Of a stretch of DNA of 44,521 nt, positions 28,443 through 35,828 are shown piece by piece. Source of the DNA: Candidatus Woesearchaeota archaeon (lineage in GTDB: Archaea > Nanobdellota > Nanobdellia > Woesearchaeales > UBA11576); assembly GCA_003695435.1 (NCBI GenBank), contig RFJL01000039.1:1-44521 (forward strand). Direction: 5' to 3'. Within the stretch, counting starts at the first letter, position 1. Every line of letters begins with the position of its first letter. Under the pieces are notes generated by a model that was given only the letters and a program-made list of their open reading frames with translations, made no database searches and was not told the DNA's origin. A program made the position numbers and the translations under genes.

Positions 28443-28913
28443 ATGAAAGATCCATACGCACATCTTAACATTAGGTCTTTTACGTTCTGGGATCTCTACC
28501 TCCATGAACAACAATACCCTTATGTTGGGCGTAGCTATGCATGGGCCAAAAGAGATGCAAACACGGTCTTAGAAATAACTGCACAAGAACGTGAAGAACT
28601 CTATACTCTCATCATTCCAGCGTGGTGGAAAGTACTCAAACAACTCTTTAACCCTGATAGACCAAACATAGCTTGTTTTGGAAATGAAGCGCCTCACTTA
28701 CATTATCACTTGATCCCTCGCTACCGGCATAATGTTTTTGTTCAAGGAATTCCTTTCACCGACCCCAAACCTGATAAGAACTACGCTCCCTATGAAAAAA
28801 GGGTTCTACCGGTTGAAGTTCTTTGCCATATCAAAGAGGAGATGCAAAGCACGATCGAGAAAATAGTGGAAGAATTGGTGTCATCACAAGGAGACAAAAC
28901 CAGTTTTAAATAA
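28443..28913 (+). CDS. HIT (histidine triad) family nucleotide hydrolase/transferase
   Basis: Histidine triad HLHYHLIPR plus the upstream QQYPYVGRSYAWAKR pattern. TATA-like box 28410-28419. Confidence 0.8.
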   Translation: MKDPYAHLNIRSFTFWDLYLHEQQYPYVGRSYAWAKRDANTVLEITAQEREELYTLIIPAWWKVLKQLFNPDRPNIACFGNEAPHLHYHLIPRYRHNVFVQGIPFTDPKPDKNYAPYEKRVLPVEVLCHIKEEMQSTIEKIVEELVSSQGDKTSFK

Positions 28914-28934
28914 GAGTGTGCCCTCGTTTCTTTT

Positions 28935-29201
28935 ATGAATATTAAAATCAGAACCACAACCAAACACTTACAAGCACGCCAAGAGTTTAAAACATCTGTA
29001 AAAGAAATTATGATCCATGAAGATTTACTTAATCCAAAAAATGAAACCATTGCAATAGGCTTTGCGCAAGGAGAATCTTCAGGAATCATAGAATTTACCG
29101 TTGCAGAATTTGAAAAACTCTACAACGAAGTCAAAGACAAAATGCACCTCATTAAAAGCTTCAAAAAATTTGAAACAGGAGGAGCACTTCTCTTCAAATG
29201 A
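28935..29201 (+). CDS. Hypothetical protein (88 aa)
   Basis: ATG ORF 21 nt after the HIT gene. Its stop overlaps the next start (ATGA). Confidence 0.45.
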   Translation: MNIKIRTTTKHLQARQEFKTSVKEIMIHEDLLNPKNETIAIGFAQGESSGIIEFTVAEFEKLYNEVKDKMHLIKSFKKFETGGALLFK

Positions 29202-29395
29202 AAGTAAAATTCTTACAGGCGATGAGTATCATTGTTCTTGCCTTCTTCGCCATCTTTCTTCTTAGCTTTGTTCTTGCAAACAAAGGAATAAAAATATTTG
29301 ACCTGGGATTTCCTGGCGTTGTTGAGAATTATATCGTCATCATCTTCTGCGTGGTATCACTTGTCAAGGCGTTCATTGAAATTTATGAAGCGTAA
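29198..29395 (+). CDS. Small two-TM membrane protein (65 aa)
   Basis: ATGA coupling, AGGAGGAG upstream, two hydrophobic helices. The 3-prime end overlaps the convergent regulator gene by 39 nt. Confidence 0.4.
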   Translation: MKVKFLQAMSIIVLAFFAIFLLSFVLANKGIKIFDLGFPGVVENYIVIIFCVVSLVKAFIEIYEA

Positions 29396-30256
29396 ACTGA
29401 CCCTTGCATTTCTTCCATATTTTTCACGATCAATGACTTTTTTATACTCCAAATTGGACAGCACCGCAGAAACTTTGGACTTTGACCAGCCCAATTCCTT
29501 AACGAGATCTTTTTGCATGACGGCATCCTTTTTTTTCTGCAAAACTTGCACCACAACTTTCTCATCAGGACTTAAAAGGTGAAGTGGAATTGATGAGATT
29601 TGTGCAGCGTAACTCTTTTTAGGTGATGAAAAAAGAACCCCTAGGATAAATCCTAACACTCCAAAAAATATCATGAGCGTCCATGCCTGCCATTCCTCAA
29701 ACTCACTAAAGAATTCGCCTATGTTTTTTTCTTGTGCTTCAGCGGATGCGAAGGTAATCTCGTAGATTGCTGGAAGCTTAGGGCTATGATCACTCCATTT
29801 CACGATAATGTGCGATCCATCAGTATCAATCCCTGAAGGGAGAGGAACAATCGCAGGTGTATCTGACTTTTGCACGACGGCTCCTTGAGGCAGTTTGACA
29901 TCATACTCAAACATCAAAGGTGTTACGGGAATTGAGACTGTCCTTGTGAACTTATGCACGTCGCCTTGTTCTGTTACTACGTTGGGAAGGGTGTAAGAGA
30001 ATTCAATTAGACACGATTCACATTCCAATGAGAAGTTGAGAACATCATTTTCAAAGGTGTGTGCAAGATCGCTTGTAACATCTTTTGCTCCCCGGGGGAG
30101 GTTGAGTGAGAAATGGTCTTGCGTGTTATTCGTGAGCACGATGTGTACACTCTCAAGAGCATCATGCTCGGTAAGGGTATCTGCAAGGGTTACTTTTTCC
30201 ACTTGTGCAGAAAGCACTGAGGGTAAGAGTAAGATTAAGATAAGGAGGTATTTCAT
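29357..30256 (-). CDS. Membrane-anchored winged-HTH regulator (signal peptide, about 190-aa outside domain, one TM, cytoplasmic MarR/ArsR-like wHTH; COG2512-like layout)
   Basis: MKYLLILILLLPSVLSAQ; TM segment WTLMIFFGVLGFILGVLF; C-terminal LSPDEKVVVQVLQKKKDAVMQKDLVKELGWSKSKVSAVLSNLEYKKVIDREKYGR. Confidence 0.7.
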   Translation of the reverse strand: MKYLLILILLLPSVLSAQVEKVTLADTLTEHDALESVHIVLTNNTQDHFSLNLPRGAKDVTSDLAHTFENDVLNFSLECESCLIEFSYTLPNVVTEQGDVHKFTRTVSIPVTPLMFEYDVKLPQGAVVQKSDTPAIVPLPSGIDTDGSHIIVKWSDHSPKLPAIYEITFASAEAQEKNIGEFFSEFEEWQAWTLMIFFGVLGFILGVLFSSPKKSYAAQISSIPLHLLSPDEKVVVQVLQKKKDAVMQKDLVKELGWSKSKVSAVLSNLEYKKVIDREKYGRNARVSLRFINFNERLDK

Positions 30257-30266
30257 GACTTTCTAA

Positions 30267-30329
30267 ATTGTTCAGAACTATTTAAATATGGTGGTTGAAA
30301 ATAAACGTTTTCTTTTATTGTTCTGAACT
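30267..30329. promoter_or_regulatory. Two copies of ATTGTTCnGAACT, each with a GTTCnGAAC palindrome (30270-30278, 30320-30328), flanking TATA-like TATTTAAATA (30279-30288)
   Basis: Read directly. Site 1 lies between the TATA box and the leaderless start of the wHTH gene (30256). Site 2 lies about 50 nt upstream of the TATA-like box of the redox operon (30372-30379). Confidence 0.5.
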
Positions 30330-30404
30330 CTTAAACTATTGTATTGTCGCTTCTCAGAGCATTTCGAGTTCTTTTAAAGCATTTGGTTTGTATGGTTTAC
30401 ACAG

Positions 30405-30662
30405 ATGTATTATATACTATTTATTGGTGATTGTCCACATAAATGGTTCGCGTATCCTTGCGACATTCCTCTTCATACTTGCAAGTTCTGCAAGATCAGA
30501 GAAGGGGATTTGTGCGGGAGCTTCCCACACGAACATCCTAAGACTTGCAAAGAATCTAAGAGCTGTGGGAGGAAGAACACTATGCATAAGAGTCAAAATA
30601 AGAAGTATTCGCGAGGAATACTATCAGTTGACTTAAGGAGGCGCTATGGCGTATATTATTGA
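30405..30662 (+). CDS. Candidate Cys/His-rich small protein (85 aa; 7 Cys, 5 His)
   Basis: The ATG lies about 30 nt downstream of TTTTAAAG (30372-30379), which fits the leaderless rule. The 3-prime end overlaps the ferredoxin start by 17 nt. No family recognised, and the region could instead be a 5-prime leader. Confidence 0.35.
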   Translation: MYYILFIGDCPHKWFAYPCDIPLHTCKFCKIREGDLCGSFPHEHPKTCKESKSCGRKNTMHKSQNKKYSRGILSVDLRRRYGVYY

Positions 30663-30879
30663 ATACAAACAAGAAGATTGCATCGGAGCAGGAGAATGCG
30701 AAGCCCTCTCAAAGGACTTCTGGAAACTTAACAATAAAGGAAAGGCAGAGCTTAAAGGGGCTGTGCGTAATCCCTCAACAGGAAAATATGAGCTTCTCAT
30801 AAGTGATGAGGAATACGAACGCCAGCAACAAGTTGCAGGAAGCTGTCCAGTTGGGTGTATTTGCATTAAGAAGAAATGA
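30646..30879 (+). CDS. Single-cluster ferredoxin with CxxAxxC...CP ([3Fe-4S]-type) signature
   Basis: CIGAGECEA near the N-terminus and SCPVGCI near the C-terminus. AAGGAGG lies 4 nt upstream of the ATG. Confidence 0.75.
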   Translation: MAYIIEYKQEDCIGAGECEALSKDFWKLNNKGKAELKGAVRNPSTGKYELLISDEEYERQQQVAGSCPVGCICIKKK

Positions 30880-31523
30880 TTCCCGCAATACTGCACTCCA
30901 TGGAGGATGTAGCACAAGGTGTGCGCAATATACACCTCAAACTCAAAGAGCCTCTTAATTACAAGGCAGGGCAGTATGTTATGCTCGCATTTGAGGATGC
31001 CCTTGAGCAAAAACGCGCGTTTTCCATTCTTAACACTCAAGGAGATCTACTCACTCTGGGAATACAAGAACATAAAGACTTTACCAAAAGACTTTTCTCT
31101 TCTACAGCTGGAGAACGTATCGCAGTTTTTGGACCTTATGGGAGGTTTACCTTACGCTCTCCTCATAAAAACAATATTTTCATTGCAGGGGGAATAGGTA
31201 TTACACCTCTTCTTAGCATGTTGAGAGAGCTCCCTGAGCACGCGAATGCGCATCTATTCTACTGTGCAAAGTCACCTTCACACATGGCATATCTAAAAGA
31301 GGTACGCGCACTTCCTTTTGACGTAAGACTTTACTTTACACGAGTTGAAAGTTCTCTTGGGAAACATTCGCACATTACCCTGGAGGATATCAAGACGATC
31401 CCTCATTGGAGCAGTAGTGATTATTATATTTGCGGACCAAACGCCCTGATTGACACGTTTAGATCGGACCTCATCGCGGCAGGAGTCAAAGAAGATCACA
31501 TATACAGCGAGGACTTCAGATAA
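30876..31523 (+). CDS. FNR-like FAD/NAD(P)H oxidoreductase module
   Basis: RAFS (RxYS-type FAD motif) after GQYVMLAF, and the NAD(P) motif IAGGIGITPLLSML. The start overlaps the ferredoxin stop (ATGA). Confidence 0.8.
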   Translation: MIPAILHSMEDVAQGVRNIHLKLKEPLNYKAGQYVMLAFEDALEQKRAFSILNTQGDLLTLGIQEHKDFTKRLFSSTAGERIAVFGPYGRFTLRSPHKNNIFIAGGIGITPLLSMLRELPEHANAHLFYCAKSPSHMAYLKEVRALPFDVRLYFTRVESSLGKHSHITLEDIKTIPHWSSSDYYICGPNALIDTFRSDLIAAGVKEDHIYSEDFR

Positions 31524-32323
31524 TGTATGAGCGTAGTTATCCTCTTATGGGAGATAAGATCACCTTCACAATCTATGGAATTGAAGAAGTGATTGCAGAA
31601 CTGCTATGTGCTGACGCTTATGACTACGCCCTGAAACTTGAGAACATCTTCAATCTGTTTGATATGACCAGTGAGATTAACACTCTTAATGCTAAGCGGG
31701 ACATTAAAGTTTCACAACACCTTAACAAAGTTATCAAAAAAGCACTGGTCTATTGTGAAAAGACCAAAGGAAGGTATGACATCAGTAAAGGAAAAGCATT
31801 TCTCGCGCGTAAAAACAAACAATCTTTACCACGACTTTCCTGTACCTACAAGGACATTTACGTTAAAAAAGATAGAGTCGCACTTACGCATCCGGATGTT
31901 GTAATTGATCTCTCCAGCATTGCTAAAGGATATATTGTTGATGAACTCACCGCGTTTTTTCAATCGCACGGTGTAGAAGAGATTTTCATAGATGCAAGAG
32001 GAGATATGCGCATCGCAGGAGGTGAAGAAGTGGTTGATATACAGCACCCCCGAAAAAAAGGTGCCATTACAACTATAACTCTTAGGAATGAGGCAATTGC
32101 AACATCAGGAGATTATTTGCAATATGACCTTGACTATGAACACTCTCACGTACTTGGCAATGAACTTATTAGTGTAAGTGTTATTGCTGATGATCTGTGT
32201 ACCGCAGATGTTCTTGCAACCTGCTTGATGCTACTCAAACCACAAGAAGCTCAAGATTTCGCACGTAGAGAGGGGGTAAGAGCAATTTTACTTACTAAAG
32301 ATCTTCAAGAGGTGCGAGCATGA
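31523..32323 (+). CDS. apbE: FAD:protein FMN transferase, without signal peptide or lipobox
   Basis: Motifs PLMGDKITFTIYG, SSIAKGYIVD and AIATSGDYLQY. The start overlaps the previous stop (TAATG). There is no hydrophobic N-terminus. Confidence 0.85.
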   Translation: MYERSYPLMGDKITFTIYGIEEVIAELLCADAYDYALKLENIFNLFDMTSEINTLNAKRDIKVSQHLNKVIKKALVYCEKTKGRYDISKGKAFLARKNKQSLPRLSCTYKDIYVKKDRVALTHPDVVIDLSSIAKGYIVDELTAFFQSHGVEEIFIDARGDMRIAGGEEVVDIQHPRKKGAITTITLRNEAIATSGDYLQYDLDYEHSHVLGNELISVSVIADDLCTADVLATCLMLLKPQEAQDFARREGVRAILLTKDLQEVRA

Positions 32324-33201
32324 AATCTTCACATCTTCTAATTCTTGGCAGTATTGTTGCTATACTCTATATTGTCCTGGCATCATTTATTACCACAACT
32401 CCACTTATCTGGATGCTCACACGCATCTTTGGACTGGTAAGTTTTTTCTTTCTTTTCGCAACCGTCTTCCTCGGAGAACTCCGACTCCTACGAAAAGTTA
32501 AAGCAGATCTTGCCATCTTCAAATATCACGTACCTTTTGCAATTGCAAGTTTCTATCTTAGTCTACTTCACGGAATATCTGCAGTAGCAGATAACTACAA
32601 ATGGGGGAAGGGCCTTCACATATCAGATTATTTAGGATTTAATTTTTCGGATAAATGGCTTGCACTTCTAAGTCTCGGAGTTTTGGCGTTTTATCTCCTT
32701 ATCCTCATTTCAATTACTTCTAGAAAACGAGTGATTCAATTTATTGGTTATAAGCGGTGGAAAAAAATTCACTACCTAAGCTACCCCCTCTTCATCATCG
32801 CGTTCATTCATAGTGTTGGTCTCGGAACAGATCTTAAGGTATCTGCGCTGCACACACCCATCTCATATATTTTCTGGATGTGTTTGTGGGTAATTCTCTC
32901 ACTACTTCTTGCACGTATCCTTAACACAGCAGGTATATTTGAGACACAAGGAGAAGTGAATGCACTTATCATGATCTCCTTGCTGGTAATTCTAGGTGGT
33001 GCAGTTATCGGATCCTTGTTCATCAAGGCAGAATCAAAGATTTCTTCTCAGCAACAAATTGCAGATACGCTTTCACAGGAATACTCGTTTCTGCAAAAAC
33101 AATACCAGGCAGCGCAGGCACAACACGCACAGCTTCTTGATGAGTTGAGCGCACTTCAAGCTCAAGAAGAGCAGTTACGAGGTGAGCTTAAGAATGGGTA
33201 A
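32320..33201 (+). CDS. Ferric-reductase-type (NOX/FRE/MsrQ superfamily) bis-haem membrane domain with C-terminal coiled coil
   Basis: About 7 predicted TM helices. His-x13-His (YHVPFAIASFYLSLLHG) and His-x12-His (IHYLSYPLFIIAFIHS) fall in the third and fifth helices. GAGGTG SD and ATGA coupling. Confidence 0.65.
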   Translation: MKSSHLLILGSIVAILYIVLASFITTTPLIWMLTRIFGLVSFFFLFATVFLGELRLLRKVKADLAIFKYHVPFAIASFYLSLLHGISAVADNYKWGKGLHISDYLGFNFSDKWLALLSLGVLAFYLLILISITSRKRVIQFIGYKRWKKIHYLSYPLFIIAFIHSVGLGTDLKVSALHTPISYIFWMCLWVILSLLLARILNTAGIFETQGEVNALIMISLLVILGGAVIGSLFIKAESKISSQQQIADTLSQEYSFLQKQYQAAQAQHAQLLDELSALQAQEEQLRGELKNG

Positions 33202-33577
33202 GGCTACGAAGATCTTCCTAGGGGTTGTTACTTTTGCAATTATCCTACTGTATAGCATAGCGGCATTGGGTATAGTTGACCTTTATGATAGGCTTTCCCT
33301 GATCGATCGGGACGTCACCATTACTGCAGCGAGAAAAGCAAATTTACAAGCATCATTTGAACACCTTAAGGCACAGAACCTTGCTCTTGATAAACAAATA
33401 GCAAATCAGATCACAACGGTGAAACAGCTTCTTGATCAAGTAGAGAAAGAACAAGAACGCGCAGCTCTTCTGGAAGAACAGGCGCGATTGCAAGAACAGC
33501 AAAGACGTGCACAAGAAGCGTTACTTGCAGTACAGCAACCAGCACCTAAACCTAGAAGAGTTTCACGAGCATCTTAA
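33194..33577 (+). CDS. Single-TM coiled-coil protein
   Basis: ATG 33194 has GAGGTGA 8 nt upstream and overlaps the previous stop (ATGGGTAA). One TM (IFLGVVTFAIILLYSIAALGI), then a Q/E/L-rich heptad region. Confidence 0.5.
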   Translation: MGKATKIFLGVVTFAIILLYSIAALGIVDLYDRLSLIDRDVTITAARKANLQASFEHLKAQNLALDKQIANQITTVKQLLDQVEKEQERAALLEEQARLQEQQRRAQEALLAVQQPAPKPRRVSRAS

Positions 33578-34342
33578 TGTTCTTTTCGCAATTGCTGAGA
33601 AGAGTTCTTTTGCATCTCCCTTTTTTAGTAAGGTGAGCCGAACAAATCTTGCAGCTTTATCATGCACACCATTTCTTGCAGGCTCAGGCATATCCTTAAA
33701 GTTGCTTGCAAGACCAGCGATGTTAAACTCTTTAATCTTTTTCACCCAAGCAGCTTCAAACGCGTACGCCTTAGCTTCTTCATCAACGGGGTCATCTAAG
33801 GGAGGGGTGAGTACGTGACCAAGCTCATGCCCCAGTGTCTCGAGCACAATGTCAAGCTCGCCTTCACGCACAAAAATCCGCGACCTCTGATACGTTGCAT
33901 GACCATTACGTGCAAAGCCAAGAATGCCTGGGTGAAAGTTTTCCTTGAGATGTTTTTTCATCGCTTCATAACTTAAGATGTGAATATCAATATCGCAAGG
34001 GAATTCTTTGTGCATAAGATGATCCCAGGTTTCAAGCAAATATTCCTTCACTTCTTCTGCTTTGCCGATGAATCGTGTCGGCGCTCTGTTCGGTTTCAAG
34101 AATGTGGTTGGTTGATCAATGTGCTGAATGCAAGTTGGTTCTTCTTGTTCATTTCCTTCGTAAAGAGTGGTTGGCGAGGCGTAGTGGGAAGGAGATTCAT
34201 AACTTGGCATTGATCTTACGTGTTCAACAAAAGAAGGGGAGTATTCGAGAGGTCGCTCAACGCCTGTCGCAGAATACATAATGTTTGAAGCATAGCTTGT
34301 GCGGAAAGGTGCCTGATATAAGGGCTGTCGCGAATACATCAT
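33563..34342 (-). CDS. Putative zinc metallopeptidase (HExxH; SprT/ImmA-like) with Tyr/Ser/Pro-rich N-terminal region
   Basis: LGHELGHVLT lies in a context resembling minimal zincins. The first ATG pair is at 34342/34339, while the track ORF starts at a TTG at 34387. Confidence 0.5.
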   Translation of the reverse strand: MMYSRQPLYQAPFRTSYASNIMYSATGVERPLEYSPSFVEHVRSMPSYESPSHYASPTTLYEGNEQEEPTCIQHIDQPTTFLKPNRAPTRFIGKAEEVKEYLLETWDHLMHKEFPCDIDIHILSYEAMKKHLKENFHPGILGFARNGHATYQRSRIFVREGELDIVLETLGHELGHVLTPPLDDPVDEEAKAYAFEAAWVKKIKEFNIAGLASNFKDMPEPARNGVHDKAARFVRLTLLKKGDAKELFSAIAKRTLRCS

Positions 34343-34479
34343 ATGAGAGGTATAAAGACAGAGGGAAATAAGAAGATTGTGTGACAATCACATCAGAACT
34401 ACTGTCTCCTTGCGCTATAGATGTATCCAAAAGAAAGGTTAAAGAAAAAAGGAGAAGAAATAATTTAACCGTTCAAGGT

Positions 34480-34794
34480 TCAAAGGCTTTTGAACCATTC
34501 TTGAGCTGGCTTACCGATGAGTGGAATTGGCTTTTCAACTCCTTGGATGGCATAGACGAATCCTATGATCCAGAAGACGAAGAGAACGATCCATGCAAAC
34601 ATACGTACCAGAGGGATCCAGCCTAGAATGATTCCTACAATTGCTAAAAGCAATGTCTGGCGAAGATGATAGCTGCCAAGTCTTGTCTTGCCCTGTGTGA
34701 AATGTAGCACCAGAGCGATGATCCACCCAATGATGGTCAAGTAGCTCAAAATAGCTACCAGCTGTCCCCTATGGGCTGTATTTGTTTTTGTCAT
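34480..34794 (-). CDS. Small three-TM membrane protein, DUF4870-like
   Basis: 104 aa with hydrophobic helices and a C-terminal GVEKPIPLIGKPAQEWF. The TATA box 34814-34826 overlaps the stop of the upstream gene. Confidence 0.5.
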   Translation of the reverse strand: MTKTNTAHRGQLVAILSYLTIIGWIIALVLHFTQGKTRLGSYHLRQTLLLAIVGIILGWIPLVRMFAWIVLFVFWIIGFVYAIQGVEKPIPLIGKPAQEWFKSL

Positions 34795-34814
34795 GGAGCA
34801 GAACGTAAGAAAGT

Positions 34815-35072
34815 TTATTTATAAAGCTTCTTGCGGCGTATCTCTTTATACAAGAACAGGGAAACGCCGCCAAAGATCAAAGAGAGACCGAAAAGAACGT
34901 CAATCCAGTGTGGTTTCAGCTCTTCTGGGGGCATAGCGAACCCGCAAAGATTTTCAGGAGCGCAATCCTCTCCTGAGCAGCAACTCTGAGAGATTACGTA
35001 GCCTGTTATGCTGTTTCCTAGAAATAAACCTCCAAGAACGATGAGCGCAAGGGAGAATAAGTATATCTTCAT
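34815..35072 (-). CDS. Small membrane protein with Cys-rich loop
   Basis: N- and C-terminal hydrophobic segments flank SQSCCSGEDCAPENLCG. TATA-like box lies about 26 nt upstream. Confidence 0.45.
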   Translation of the reverse strand: MKIYLFSLALIVLGGLFLGNSITGYVISQSCCSGEDCAPENLCGFAMPPEELKPHWIDVLFGLSLIFGGVSLFLYKEIRRKKLYK

Positions 35073-35273
35073 CTGCTGACCCGTATGTCAAGAGTATATT
35101 AAATTCTTTTTGTTTTTTACAGGAGGTTTATCATTTGCTTCACTCTTCTGCACTGTACCTCATTGTATCGTACTCTTTCGCAAGCAAAAAGGAAGGGGCT
35201 GCCTCCTTACTCTTCTTCTAAAACACTCTTTTGTAGGAAGCCATATATACTCCCTCGAGGCGTAACACAGTCT

Positions 35274-35726
35274 ATGACGTTCACTCTAGAACACCGCTAT
35301 GAAACGACCCGTAAAGGGGATTTTGTTGTAGCGATAGCGCTTGACACTTATGAAGAGATCTTCAATGAATGGGATAATACTAAAGCATATCACAAAAAAG
35401 ACCTTGATGAGGAGTTCGTAGCATATCTTATCGAGAGTTTTGATGAACTTAAAGGACGAAATGCAGTGATCCGCCTAGATATTCCTAAACGCGATAAGAA
35501 GAAAAAAAAGGCGATTAAAGGTATCCATCTCTATTTTGATTACCTGTCTGCACTCAAGAAAAAAGAATTACGTGTGTTCTTCTCAAAAATGGTTGGAGTT
35601 GTCATCATCGGAGCAACCTTCATCAGTGCATCAGTCATCTTCGCAGCACAGGAATCACTCGAGGAAAATTTGCTCAATTCATTGTTTCATGAAGGAATGG
35701 TCATTGTCGGATGGGTCACGATCTGA
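35274..35726 (+). CDS. Hypothetical membrane protein ending at an in-frame TGA; the frame stays open for 34 more codons, to 35828
   Basis: ATG 35274 lies about 28 nt downstream of CCATATATAC (35241-35250). The C-terminus is ...EGMVIVGWVTI-TGA-QVVTWLLSDWIVLIKELNILKKIAKVRIEFEKQ-TGA. Confidence 0.5.
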   Translation: MTFTLEHRYETTRKGDFVVAIALDTYEEIFNEWDNTKAYHKKDLDEEFVAYLIESFDELKGRNAVIRLDIPKRDKKKKKAIKGIHLYFDYLSALKKKELRVFFSKMVGVVIIGATFISASVIFAAQESLEENLLNSLFHEGMVIVGWVTI

Positions 35727-35828
35727 CAAGTTGTCACTTGGCTGCTCTCTGATTGGATTGTTCTCATCAAAGAGCTTAACATCCTCAAGAAGATCGCAAA
35801 AGTAAGGATTGAATTCGAGAAGCAATGA

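Noticed and set aside
30295-30636. 113-aa ORF in the regulator/ferredoxin intergenic region
   Set aside because: No TATA box or SD, and a non-protein-like sequence. It overlaps the better-positioned 30405 ORF in another frame.
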